From positions 4,943-68,942 of the forward strand of contig CAKSNQ010000002.1 in NCBI GenBank assembly GCA_934476315.1: a stretch of 64,000 nt of DNA, in the 5' to 3' direction. Shown here piece after piece: positions 1 through 9,036 of this stretch. Source of the DNA: an uncultured Eubacteriales bacterium. GTDB lineage: Bacteria; Bacillota; Clostridia; Oscillospirales; CAG-272. Made by a program: the position numbers and the translations under genes. The notes beneath the pieces were generated by a model. That model worked only from the letters and a program-made list of their open reading frames with translations, made no database searches and was not told the origin of the DNA. How positions within the stretch are numbered: the stretch's first letter is position 1; each line of letters opens with the position of its first letter.

Positions 1-367
1 GGTTTTTGTTGGAATTCTCCTGCTTCACTTCCTCGTTGTTGCACTCGATGAGCGAGAGAATTTTATTATCGGTTGTGTTCGCCACACGCGCCAGGTTCCG
101 GGTAAAGCGGTAGCGGATGTAGCGCTTTGCCGTCTCGGGCGCTCCCTGAAGAATAATGTGCGTCTCAACCAGCTCCTGAATTTCCTCGACCGACAGTGCA
201 CGTCCGATGTCGTTGCAATAGTCCTCGATCACAAGAGAAATGTAGTCGATCTGACGTTCTGTCAGTTCCGGCTTGCCCTCTGTTTCGTTGTTTGCCTTAC
301 GGATTGCGTTTTTGATCTTACCCCGGTCGAAATTTTCCTCAGCGCCGTTTCTCTTGATGATCCTCAT
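1..367 (-). CDS. nrdD: anaerobic ribonucleoside-triphosphate reductase (class III RNR), N-terminal part only; gene runs off the window start
   Basis: Own translation of the minus strand from ATG (cat at 365-367): MRIIKRNGAEENFDRGKIKNAIRKANNE...LIECNNEEVKQENSNKN. This is an ATP-cone followed by the E-N-x-N-K motif I associate with NrdD. AAGGAAGGG RBS upstream. Missing from the ORF track because there is no stop inside the window. Confidence 0.75.
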   Translation of the reverse strand, partial: MRIIKRNGAEENFDRGKIKNAIRKANNETEGKPELTERQIDYISLVIEDYCNDIGRALSVEEIQELVETHIILQGAPETAKRYIRYRFTRNLARVANTTDNKILSLIECNNEEVKQENSNKN

Positions 368-513
368 AGCCATGCCCTTCCTTTTCGCGTATCGTTTCCT
401 GCATTATAAGGTAAAAAAATCGTTTTACCGCCGTTCCGTCCCGCACTCTTGGAGGCGCAGGCGGCGACGCTCCTACATCATACCACATTTCCCCACATTT
501 TGCAAGAGGTAAA

Positions 514-560
514 ACACAATATATTGAATATTTTTTCGAAAGTTGTGGAATATATTGTTT
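514..560. promoter_or_regulatory. tandem NrdR-box pair (proximal to nrdD)
   Basis: acacaatatattgaat (514-529) and gtggaatatattgttt (545-560). AATATATT cores are 31 bp apart, 147-193 nt upstream of the nrdD ATG. Confidence 0.7.
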
Positions 561-675
561 CCTTTTTGCGAATTTTTGCAAGCGGGACAAGGGAAATCCG
601 GGATTTTACGCCTGTTTTCAACGGGTTTTCCCGATTCCCTGGCGTGGTTGCTTTTTCGGAACGCGCCGCCGATCG

Positions 676-722
676 GCACAATATATTGTATCATTGATTG
701 TTTCTTGTGTCAATATCTTGCT
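676..722. promoter_or_regulatory. tandem NrdR-box pair (distal)
   Basis: gcacaatatattgtat (676-691) is strong; gtgtcaatatcttgct (707-722) is weaker. Cores are again 31 bp apart. Confidence 0.5.
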
Positions 723-940
723 TATCAAAAGGTGATAACAAATCCAACAAAAAACAGATCCCCTATTTTGACATTTTGCCGAAAAAGGGAACATACTCCC
801 TCCGATTCCATTTTTACCCTTTGAGCGACCACAGTGCACCCGCTCCGCCCCAAAAAACCGAGCTCCGCATGACAGGCAATAGTGCCAATTTCACCCCCCG
901 AATTTTGGTTATTTTTTTGACCTCATTTTGGCGTTCCCCA

Positions 941-970
941 TTGACAGTCCCGTTTTTTTTATGGTATAAT
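941..970 (+). promoter_or_regulatory. sigma-70-type promoter for the 1044-4946 gene
   Basis: TTGACA (941-946), 18-nt spacer, TATAAT (965-970), about 75 nt before the ATG. Confidence 0.6.
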
Positions 971-1043
971 TGCTACAAGCGTTTGAACGAAGAACATCAC
1001 AATCCGTCAAAATCGCCCAATAATAATTAGGAAAGGAATTTCA

Positions 1044-4000
1044 TTGATGAAACGACTGCTCACGCTCATTCTGGTCGGTGTGTTGATCTGCTCGTCGCTG
1101 TTCATGCTCAGCGCCTGCAAGGATGACCCCGATCCGACTCCGCCCGGTCCCTCCACGGACGAAACCATCCCGCTCGTGGAAAACGGGGAGTTCCAATACC
1201 GCATTGTGTACAGCGACTTCGCTAACAACAATGTCAAAAACCTCGCCAAAGCCCTGCGAACCGGCTTACAAGCCGTGACCGGCACCAAGGTCACGATCGT
1301 AACCGACTGGGAGGACAAGGACGAGAACGCCGACATCAAGGAGATTCTCGTCGGAAAGACCAACCGCGCCGCTTCCACCGAAGCGATGGACGGACTCTCC
1401 GACAAGGAATACGTCATCCGTCTGAGCGGCGCCAAGATCGTTCTGGCGGGCGGAGCCGATGAGACTCTGGCTCTCGCCGTCAACTCCTTCCTTAAGAATC
1501 AGGTCGGATACATATCCGACAGCGAATTCACCGAAAACAAAACACTCAGTATTCCGAAAACACTGAACATTCTTCAGAAAATGGAGGACCCGAGCAATAT
1601 GGTTATTCTGATCGGAAATCATGATGTTACCTATGTGGATTCCTTGCGCACCGCCCTCTCCGCCAACTACTCGTCGGTCACGGTCGTTGACCCCCACGAG
1701 GGCAACTTCAACGCGGCAGACGTCTTTGACGCTACCAAGAACACGCTGATCATCATCGCCGGCGCCGACACCGTTCCCAACACCGTGAGAGACGCCATCC
1801 CGGGCTATCTCGCAAACAAAGGACGTATCCTCACGCTCGGCGGTCCCGCGTTCTCCAACACGACCTACGAGCTGGACGGAAACTGGTACAGCAAGGAGGA
1901 CTTCCTTTACACCTCCCTGCTCCGCCTGGGGAGCTCGCAGAGACAGACCATCTTTGACACGACCAAGGCAGACACGCCCTCCAAGCCGTACATTTCCAAG
2001 GACGGCGATTCTGCGGCGCCGGTCATCGCCTTTGGCAACTTTGATCTGGACACGGCGTCCCCCGGCACCACCGATTCCAAGCTCCAGATGCGCTTCTCCA
2101 CCAGCTACCTGAGAAACTGGGACTACTTCACCTACAACTTCACGCCCACACTGAAGAACGGCAACACGTTCGGTTTCTGGGCGAAGGCGGGCGACAACCA
2201 AACCGACGGCATGTTCGTCGAGCTGACCGACAAGGCAGGCTCCCGTTGGACCTGCGGTGTCAAGCTTTCCACCGAGTGGAAGTATTACACGCTGACCCCC
2301 ACCAACTTCAGATGGTGGCGCGACAGTACCGCGACCACGCTGACCGCTCCCGATTTCAGCCAGCTGACCAAATTCTCCATGGGCTTTGCATTAAGCGGGT
2401 ACAGCATGGGGCAGGGCGCACATTCCATCTGCCTGTCGCACGTGGAAGTGCTTGAGGCTCCTCCGGTCAGCACGACCAACCTGACCATCGACGGTCTGGC
2501 GCCGGAGTACGAGATGTACCCCGTCACCAACGCCGCATCGTTCCGCACCTATGACAATCAGGTCTTTGTCACCGACCGCAACTACACCATGCCCGAGGAG
2601 CTGGTTTCACGTCACCCGGGTCGTCAGGGCACCGGCTATGGCAAGTTGCGCGCCAACCGCTTCATTCCTCTCGTGGAAATCCAGGACGCCAAGGGTCTGC
2701 ACTCCGGCTACCTGGCATGGATGACGCTGTTCTCCAGCACTACGAACAACAACGGTTCGATGGAGGGCTCGGTCATCGGCGGGATCTCCGCGGTTTCCAA
2801 TGACTTCTACAACGCTTCCGGCATCGCCCTTGTCGGCGAGGTCGTGGACGCCATGATGCTTCCCGCTTACCTGACGCAGGGCGGTACCACCGAGTACACC
2901 TACATCGCGTCGGATACGGAGAGCGTTTCCGCAGGCGGCGCTTATGTAGACCTTTCCCGCGTCGGCTCCACGGAAAACGTCGTGATGGACATTGAGCTGT
3001 ACCGCAACGGCGAGAGCATCAAGAAGATGGATTCCACCGTCTGCAAGCTGATCAAACAGTCCAACGACATCCGCCAGTCCTTCTACAACTACGATCTGTC
3101 GAGCGGCACTCCCGATCACGTAGTGGTCACGCTGAAGATCGACGGTCGGATCGTCGACCGCATCGAGCACGACATCGTGTTCTGGTCGCCCAAGGCGGAA
3201 TCCGATCGCCACTACATCTACAAAGAGGACGGCTACTTCAAGCAGGACGGCAAGATCATCAACTTCTTCGGCGTCAACTACATGCCCTCCTACGGCGTTG
3301 CCGACACTGCCACCATCCCGAACGTCGGAACCACCTTTGAGCATTACATCCACTCCGCGGCATACGATCCCGAGGTCATTCACGACGACCTGCTCCACAT
3401 CAAGGATATGGGCATGAACGCGGTCTCCGTCTTCATTCACGCACAGGGCGCGGATTCCAACAACATGCTCGACCTGATCCGTCAGTGCGACGAGCTGGGA
3501 ATTTACGTTGACCTCTCCATCCGCTCCGGCAACTCCGACAACAGAGCGACGGGCGACTTCCTGTACTTCACCAAAGAAAACGCGGAAAAGCTGATCGTTC
3601 CCCAGCACTTCTCGGAAGTGGATAATATCATTGCCTACGACATCTGCTGGGAGCGTGCGATGGGCTCGTACGCCGCATCCGGCGACCTCGGACGTTACAT
3701 CTACGACGCTCAGTGGCGTCAGTGGATTCTCGACCAGTACGGTTCGGTCGAGCACGCTGAGGCACTGTGGGGCTGCAAGGCGCCGCGCAACAGCGCAGGT
3801 CTGGTCGTCGGTCCCGACGACAACACCTTCGGCAATCCCACAGACAGCCAGGCGAAGATGATCGCCGCTTACTACCGCTTCCTGGACGATGTCATTGCCG
3901 ATGATTTCAACGCCACGTTCACCTACATGCGTCAATTCGACAACAACCACCTCTACTCCTTCCGTATGTCCATGTCGGGGAGCCCCTCTGTGAGCCCCGT

Positions 4001-4946
4001 CAATGGTCGTTACGACTTCCAGAGCCTGGCGGGTGCAGTCGATCTGATGGAGCCGGAGGGCTACGCGCTCGACGCCAACTCCGACGTCAGCATGCTTCAG
4101 ATTCCGTTCGCCAACGCTTACGCACGCTACACCATGCCGGACGCGCCTGTTGTCTGGAAGGAGTACGGCAAGAGCAGCTGGACCGGTTCAAACTTCACCG
4201 ATAACTCCTTGAGTCTGGAGAACACTGCAAACTACTACCGCAGAGTTCTGGAGTACGCTTATAAGAGCTACACCTCCGGCATGTTCTGCTGGTACTACGC
4301 CGGCGGCTTCCGTATCGGCGAAAACTCCGACTACGGCATCCTGAACCCGGATGGCTCCGATCGTCCCTGCACCACAGTACTTCGTCAGTACGCGCCGCTC
4401 TTCATTTCGCAGGGCGAGCGGCAGACGACCGGCGAAAAGCTGATTTCGATCGAGCGTGACGAAAAGAACCCACGCGGTATCTACGACATGTTCCTCAAGA
4501 TCAAGGATCAGCTCGCCAACCTGTTCAACACGGGCAAGACGTTCGACTTCATCAATAGCCAGCAGACCACCTTCGGCGAGAAGTTCTACGCTGAGGACGT
4601 GGTGGACATGGCAGTCGGCGGAACCAAGACCGACGGCGCTTACCCGCTGAAGTACGTCAACGGCATGGTCAAGGACTTCCAGACCTACGAAAAGGACGGC
4701 AAGACCTACGCACGCGTCACGGTGTGCAACACCGGTCACGCCGCTTGGGAAGAGGGTACCATCTCGCTGGTCTCGACTGCTTCAAGCAAGGCGAAGATTG
4801 CCAAGTACACCTTCACCGAGGATGTTGACTATCTTGAGAACGTCGTCATTGATGTAGAGATTTCCGGCACCGGCGCACTTGAATTGCGCTTCGCATTCCG
4901 CAACGGACTGGAATTCGGTTACAATTACAAAACGACCATCAAGTAA
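1044..4946 (+). CDS. large secreted lipoprotein with a central TIM-barrel glycoside-hydrolase-like region
   Basis: 1300-aa ORF. N-terminal signal peptide with lipobox LSAC. Central segment FFGVNYMPSYG...HDDLLHIKDMGMNAVSVFIH...YDICWE resembles clan GH-A hydrolases. GH family not assignable by eye. Confidence 0.6.
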   Translation: MMKRLLTLILVGVLICSSLFMLSACKDDPDPTPPGPSTDETIPLVENGEFQYRIVYSDFANNNVKNLAKALRTGLQAVTGTKVTIVTDWEDKDENADIKEILVGKTNRAASTEAMDGLSDKEYVIRLSGAKIVLAGGADETLALAVNSFLKNQVGYISDSEFTENKTLSIPKTLNILQKMEDPSNMVILIGNHDVTYVDSLRTALSANYSSVTVVDPHEGNFNAADVFDATKNTLIIIAGADTVPNTVRDAIPGYLANKGRILTLGGPAFSNTTYELDGNWYSKEDFLYTSLLRLGSSQRQTIFDTTKADTPSKPYISKDGDSAAPVIAFGNFDLDTASPGTTDSKLQMRFSTSYLRNWDYFTYNFTPTLKNGNTFGFWAKAGDNQTDGMFVELTDKAGSRWTCGVKLSTEWKYYTLTPTNFRWWRDSTATTLTAPDFSQLTKFSMGFALSGYSMGQGAHSICLSHVEVLEAPPVSTTNLTIDGLAPEYEMYPVTNAASFRTYDNQVFVTDRNYTMPEELVSRHPGRQGTGYGKLRANRFIPLVEIQDAKGLHSGYLAWMTLFSSTTNNNGSMEGSVIGGISAVSNDFYNASGIALVGEVVDAMMLPAYLTQGGTTEYTYIASDTESVSAGGAYVDLSRVGSTENVVMDIELYRNGESIKKMDSTVCKLIKQSNDIRQSFYNYDLSSGTPDHVVVTLKIDGRIVDRIEHDIVFWSPKAESDRHYIYKEDGYFKQDGKIINFFGVNYMPSYGVADTATIPNVGTTFEHYIHSAAYDPEVIHDDLLHIKDMGMNAVSVFIHAQGADSNNMLDLIRQCDELGIYVDLSIRSGNSDNRATGDFLYFTKENAEKLIVPQHFSEVDNIIAYDICWERAMGSYAASGDLGRYIYDAQWRQWILDQYGSVEHAEALWGCKAPRNSAGLVVGPDDNTFGNPTDSQAKMIAAYYRFLDDVIADDFNATFTYMRQFDNNHLYSFRMSMSGSPSVSPVNGRYDFQSLAGAVDLMEPEGYALDANSDVSMLQIPFANAYARYTMPDAPVVWKEYGKSSWTGSNFTDNSLSLENTANYYRRVLEYAYKSYTSGMFCWYYAGGFRIGENSDYGILNPDGSDRPCTTVLRQYAPLFISQGERQTTGEKLISIERDEKNPRGIYDMFLKIKDQLANLFNTGKTFDFINSQQTTFGEKFYAEDVVDMAVGGTKTDGAYPLKYVNGMVKDFQTYEKDGKTYARVTVCNTGHAAWEEGTISLVSTASSKAKIAKYTFTEDVDYLENVVIDVEISGTGALELRFAFRNGLEFGYNYKTTIK

Positions 4947-4960
4947 TTCAGACCTAACAA

Positions 4961-4997
4961 AAAAGGAGCTGTCGCGCGAAGCGCGACAGCTCCTTTT
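4961..4997. terminator. bidirectional intrinsic terminator
   Basis: aaaaggagctgtcgcgc-gaa-gcgcgacagctcctttt: perfect 17-bp stem with an A-run on one side and a T-run on the other, 15 nt after the stop at 4946. Confidence 0.8.
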
Positions 4998-5320
4998 GAA
5001 TGTGTAGCTCGCTCCTTTGGATGCGGCTCGCCCCTTTGAGTGACTTGTCCTTTTGAATACGATAATCCCATTTTGAAACGCAGTAATTCTCTTGAATCCC
5101 GCACATACCCCCGGACGCCGACGGCTGAGAGTGTCGGCGGTCGGTTGACACCGACCCTTTGGTGCGCTGAATCAGGCAACCTCGGCATCGTCCGCAGAAT
5201 GAACAGACCTGCGCCGCACAAGAGCCCACGCCAACATCCTATCCCACGCCACGGAAAAGTCATGCTACGACAGCCCGGCGGCACGCCGCCGGGCTCTGTT
5301 CTGCAAGTACAGACAATCTT
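4998..5320 (-). other. orphan structured intergenic region (possible sRNA), bracketed by two terminators
   Basis: No credible ORF. Several GC hairpins: gcccggcggcacgccgccgggc 5274-5295, ggtcggttgacaccgacc, gccgacggctgagagtgtcggc. Six A(A)AGG(A/G)-type motifs on the minus strand spaced 17-21 nt apart (4990-5097). Confidence 0.3.
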
Positions 5321-5355
5321 CAAAAGGGGGAGTCGCGCTTCCGCGCGGCTCCCCC
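5321..5355 (-). terminator. intrinsic terminator of smpB
   Basis: Minus strand reads GGGGGAGCCGCGCGGAAGCGCGACTCCCCC followed by TTTTG, 40 nt after the smpB stop. Confidence 0.8.
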
Positions 5356-5394
5356 ATGCTCTTTTGTCCAACCAACCGGAAACAAGTCCCGGCA

Positions 5395-5907
5395 TCAGTC
5401 CTCGTAATTCTGTTGTTTGACGCGCCGTCCCATGTCTCGTTGCGCTGACTTCTGCGCCGCATCGTCCCGCTTGTCATACAGCTTTTTGCCGCGGCAAAGC
5501 CCAAGCTCCACCTTAACGTGCGAGCCCTTGAAATATAACTTCAGGGGGATGAGCGTATAGCCTTTTTGCGAGACCTGCCCGAACAGTTTGAGAATCTCCC
5601 GCTTGTGCATCAACAACTTCTTGGGGCGCAACGGCTCCCGGTTGAAAATATTCCCCTGCTCATAGGGGCTGATGTGCATCTGATACACGAGCAATTCCCC
5701 GTTCTCGATCGAGCAGTAGGCGTCCTTGAGGTTGACGTGCCCGGCCCGGACGCTCTTGACCTCCGTTCCGAACAGCGCGATTCCCGCCTCGTACGCCTCA
5801 TCAATAAAATATTCATGCCGTGCCTGTCGGTTGACGGCAATCACCGCTCCCGAGGCATTCTTCTGTTTCTTCTCCATCTTTTCCTTGTCGGCATCTGCGC
5901 CGCCCAT
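5395..5907 (-). CDS. smpB: SsrA-binding protein SmpB
   Basis: 170-aa ORF with [31 protein letters not shown]...[10 protein letters not shown]...KKLYDKR, the classic SmpB signature. Confidence 0.95.
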   Translation of the reverse strand: MGGADADKEKMEKKQKNASGAVIAVNRQARHEYFIDEAYEAGIALFGTEVKSVRAGHVNLKDAYCSIENGELLVYQMHISPYEQGNIFNREPLRPKKLLMHKREILKLFGQVSQKGYTLIPLKLYFKGSHVKVELGLCRGKKLYDKRDDAAQKSAQRDMGRRVKQQNYED

Positions 5908-5944
5908 CCTCTGTCACACGTCCGCCGTTTCCGGGAACGCGGCA

Positions 5945-6271
5945 TCACGGCTGTGTGGTTCCCTGCCCATTATAGTAAACTTTCTCCCACGGGAACACCA
6001 AGTGGAACTTTTCCCGCGCGAGACGAATGATTTCCTCTTCATCAAGCTGGCTGTTCAGCGCGTGGTCGATCTCACCGATGCGCTCCTCCGTACTCTGCTT
6101 CTGCTCCAGAAGCGCCTGCTTTTGCTCTTTCAGATGATGGTAGCTTGCCAGGCGCGACGCGAAAACCACCGAGGAGACCACCAGAATGAGAATCAAAAAA
6201 CACCGGAGCGCAAGGCTGAGTCCCGTGCGTCCCTGCCGGTTTTCCCGTATGGAAATTCGTGGAAAATTCAT
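5945..6271 (-). CDS. divIC: septum formation initiator (FtsB/DivIC family)
   Basis: 108 aa: N-terminal TM (LSLALRCFLILILVVSSVVF) followed by a coiled coil. Sits after yabP-yabQ as in Bacillus. Confidence 0.75.
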   Translation of the reverse strand: MNFPRISIRENRQGRTGLSLALRCFLILILVVSSVVFASRLASYHHLKEQKQALLEQKQSTEERIGEIDHALNSQLDEEEIIRLAREKFHLVFPWEKVYYNGQGTTQP

Positions 6272-6420
6272 TTCAACATCCGCTCCTCTCCTGCATTTTC
6301 ACTCGCGTGCGCCCCCGCCCTGTTTCAAACGTCGGGCGTCGATCGCCGTTCGTCCGTGGACTATCGTCCATTACTCTTGCCCTTATCCATCGCCATCGCC
6401 CACCGCCAATCGGTCATCGG

Positions 6421-7179
6421 TCATCTGCCGTTCTCCGGGCGCTGTGTCGCGTGAACGGTGCACCCGCTCCCCGCGTGAAACGACCCGGGTGTAGAAAGAT
6501 TCCGTCGGCGGGGTTCGATTTCCGTCGAGCGCATCTCCACAACCGGCTGGGCTTGCTTTTTCTCGCCGTCCCCCGTCTTTTTCCTGCGCAATCCTTTGAC
6601 CTTCTCCCAAAAGGCACGCCATGCGCCCCCAACGCGGAAAAAGAGGTTCCGCACTCCTGCCGCCACGCGGCGCCGCATCGGTGCGGTCAGCCGTCCTACC
6701 CATCGGAACATGTGACAGAACGGAAAGCAAACAAGCGCCACCGTCCACTGAACCGCCGCGCGGAGAATCGCGGTCAGCGTTCCGCTGACGAGCAGGACGC
6801 CGCGTCCCAAGGAGATCAGGTACGCGAACACGCCGACCAGCATGCACGCCAGCGCACTCAGGCGGAATTGCCCGTCGTTGCAGACGTACAACTCCAGAAT
6901 CAGCACCACCGCGCACACGAGGCAAAACAAAACATCCTCAAAAAAAATCAGAATCCCGCCAGCGACCCCACCGGGGCGGCGGAACACACGCGGCATATGG
7001 AAAAATCGCAGTTTTTCCGGCAACGCCAGCCGCCCTTCTAAGGCGCGTGCCGCCGGCGGGAGACCCTCTCCCATCCACAGCCGCGTAATGCGCAGAACAT
7101 CATAAAACGCGCCCAGTGCCACTCCGCACAAAAATGCGCGGCACAGAAGAAGCGCCAGTGCTCTTTGCGATACTTCCAT
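6421..7179 (-). CDS. yabQ: spore cortex biosynthesis protein YabQ-like membrane protein
   Basis: 252-aa polytopic membrane ORF immediately downstream of yabP; N-terminus ALLLCRAFLCGVALGAFYDVLRI. The C-terminal tail is low complexity, so its extent is uncertain. Confidence 0.65.
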   Translation of the reverse strand: MEVSQRALALLLCRAFLCGVALGAFYDVLRITRLWMGEGLPPAARALEGRLALPEKLRFFHMPRVFRRPGGVAGGILIFFEDVLFCLVCAVVLILELYVCNDGQFRLSALACMLVGVFAYLISLGRGVLLVSGTLTAILRAAVQWTVALVCFPFCHMFRWVGRLTAPMRRRVAAGVRNLFFRVGGAWRAFWEKVKGLRRKKTGDGEKKQAQPVVEMRSTEIEPRRRNLSTPGSFHAGSGCTVHATQRPENGR

Positions 7180-7208
7180 CCGACGTCACCGAATACAATG
7201 CGGTGCGG

Positions 7209-7499
7209 TCAGTGGAGCAGTCGCCCGAAGAAACCGCGCGACGTCCCCGATGCGGCAATATCCGTGTATCCGATACTGTCGATGTGACCGTCGACCATCA
7301 CGGTTCCCTCTTTGACGTCCAGGACGTTGACGCGAAGCTCGCTGCCCTCAATGCACATGTTCCCGCCGGTCGTCGCCAGCGTCACCGTGTTTTCGTCGAA
7401 GCTGATGACCTCCGTCATGCCCCGGATCTCCACATGCGCTCTTTCCTGAACGACAAAGCTGTGCTGCGCCGCAGGCGCGTCTTTTCTGATCTCGTTCAT
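7209..7499 (-). CDS. yabP: sporulation protein YabP
   Basis: 96 aa; RAHVEIRGMTEVISFDENTVTLATTGGNMCIEGSELRVNVLDVKEGTVMVDGHIDSI is typical YabP. Confidence 0.85.
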   Translation of the reverse strand: MNEIRKDAPAAQHSFVVQERAHVEIRGMTEVISFDENTVTLATTGGNMCIEGSELRVNVLDVKEGTVMVDGHIDSIGYTDIAASGTSRGFFGRLLH

Positions 7500-7550
7500 A
7501 ACAACCCTCCCGCATACATTCTGATGAAATATATGCGGGAGTATTGACAG

Positions 7551-7793
7551 TTATTCCACGACCTCATACAGTTCGGTCGCGCCGGATTTTCCGACATGCT
7601 CCTGCACGTCAGTGACCCGGATTTTCAGAACACGCTCGCCGAAAGTGATCTCCAGCACATCCCCCACCTTGACGTCATACGAAGCCTTGGCAGGGCGACC
7701 GTTGACGGTCACATGGGCATTGTCGCACGCGTCATTGGCAACGGTGCGGCGCTTGATGATGCGGGACACCTTCAAAAACTTGTCCAATCGCAT
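7551..7793 (-). CDS. S4-domain RNA-binding protein (YabO/RqcP-like)
   Basis: 80 aa; MRLDKFLKVSRIIKRRTVANDACDNAHVTVNGRPAK is an S4 motif. Synteny with yabP. Confidence 0.85.
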   Translation of the reverse strand: MRLDKFLKVSRIIKRRTVANDACDNAHVTVNGRPAKASYDVKVGDVLEITFGERVLKIRVTDVQEHVGKSGATELYEVVE

Positions 7794-7817
7794 GGACGTC
7801 TCCGTTTCGCTCGCGAA

Positions 7818-8090
7818 TCAGTTCATCTGATCCTTGAGAGCCTTGCTTGCGCTGAACGCGGGGTGCTTGCTTGCGGGAACGTTGATGGTCTCGCCCGTCT
7901 TGGGATTGCGACCGGTTCTCGCGTTGCGCTCTTTCACTTCGAACGTACCAAAGCCGACGATCTGAACCTTGTCACCATTCTTCATCGCTGTCGCAATGGT
8001 TTCGGTGATCGCGTTGACAGCAGCCTCGGCGTCCTTTTTCTTCATGCCGCCCTTTTCCGCAACGGCCTCAATCAATTGAGATTTGTTCAT
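7818..8090 (-). CDS. hup: DNA-binding protein HU
   Basis: 90 aa; MNKSQLIEAVAEK...VQIVGFGTFEVKERNARTGRNPKTGETI. Confidence 0.95.
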   Translation of the reverse strand: MNKSQLIEAVAEKGGMKKKDAEAAVNAITETIATAMKNGDKVQIVGFGTFEVKERNARTGRNPKTGETINVPASKHPAFSASKALKDQMN

Positions 8091-8213
8091 GGTGTTTGAT
8101 CCTTTCGATTTTAACTTAATGAGTACGCCCTTGGCGTATTTTCACTTAAGTATAACATACTTTTTTTTGGATTGCAATAGGTTTTTTGCTTATTTTCCTA
8201 TTTTTTGAGCGTT

Positions 8214-8960
8214 TTAGGCGTGTTTTTTTGTCACGGACATCATAAATCTTTCCGTTTCACGCGTCAAAGCCTCCTCTGCATCCGTATCCGCCGCGCGGCT
8301 GAGCGCCACTGTGCAGAACAGGATGCGACCGATCAGCGCGGATTTTTCCTCCGTCTCCGTCGCCTGACTCAGCGCCGCCGTGCACTCCGCGATCTGTACC
8401 TGCGCCTCTGCCGCCGTCATCGTCGCACCGGCTTCCCCCGCCTTTTTCTGCACCTTGGAGGCGCGCATCAGCGCCGGGAGCACAGGCGGGATTGCCGCAA
8501 GCTGCTCCTCCAGGGTATAGCGGTGTTTTTCCTCTTTTTTGATGGACTCCCAGTTGTCCAGAACCTGCGCGGACGACTCGGCGTGCGCCGTTCCGAAAAC
8601 ATGCGGGTGGCGGTGAATCATCTTGACGCACTCGTCGTTTGCCACGTCGTGGATGTCAAAGCGCCCGACGTCCTCCTCGATGCCCGCGTGGAACACAAGC
8701 TGAAGCAGAACGTCTCCCAGCTCCTCACGCAAAAGCTCCGCGTCCTCCCGGTCGATCGCTTCCACAACCTCATAACATTCTTCGATCATTCCCCTACGGA
8801 TGGAGTGATGATCCTGCTCCCGATCCCACGGGCAGCCGCCCGGCGCGCGCAGGATCCGCACGATGTCGCAAAGATCCGAAAAATCATACCTTTTCTGCGC
8901 GGCAAGGCGTTCCATCGTCTGCGCGCGCCACGTGTCAAAATCCGGCATTTGTTCTTTCAT
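8214..8960 (-). CDS. mazG: MazG nucleoside triphosphate pyrophosphohydrolase
   Basis: 248 aa; LRAPGGCPWDREQDHHSIRRGMIEECYEVVEAID and a second EExGD-type repeat. Confidence 0.9.
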   Translation of the reverse strand: MKEQMPDFDTWRAQTMERLAAQKRYDFSDLCDIVRILRAPGGCPWDREQDHHSIRRGMIEECYEVVEAIDREDAELLREELGDVLLQLVFHAGIEEDVGRFDIHDVANDECVKMIHRHPHVFGTAHAESSAQVLDNWESIKKEEKHRYTLEEQLAAIPPVLPALMRASKVQKKAGEAGATMTAAEAQVQIAECTAALSQATETEEKSALIGRILFCTVALSRAADTDAEEALTRETERFMMSVTKKHA

Positions 8961-9036
8961 TGGCTTTATGTCTCCTTTGGTTTTGTGTGACCCCGCTCTT
9001 ATGCGTGAGCTGTTTTTGCCGGGGAATCAACCGGAC

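Noticed and set aside
4947-5394. Expected an ssrA (tmRNA) gene downstream of smpB.
   Set aside because: Neither strand shows the tmRNA hallmarks: 5' GGGG..TTCGAC, a 3' T-arm GGTTCGA(A/T)TCC followed by CCACCA, or a tag ORF ending in LAA plus stops. The region is kept only as an uncharacterised structured element.
6186-7105. Several + strand ORFs (102-260 aa) opposite yabQ.
   Set aside because: They are shadow frames of the yabQ membrane gene, with Arg/Pro-rich products.
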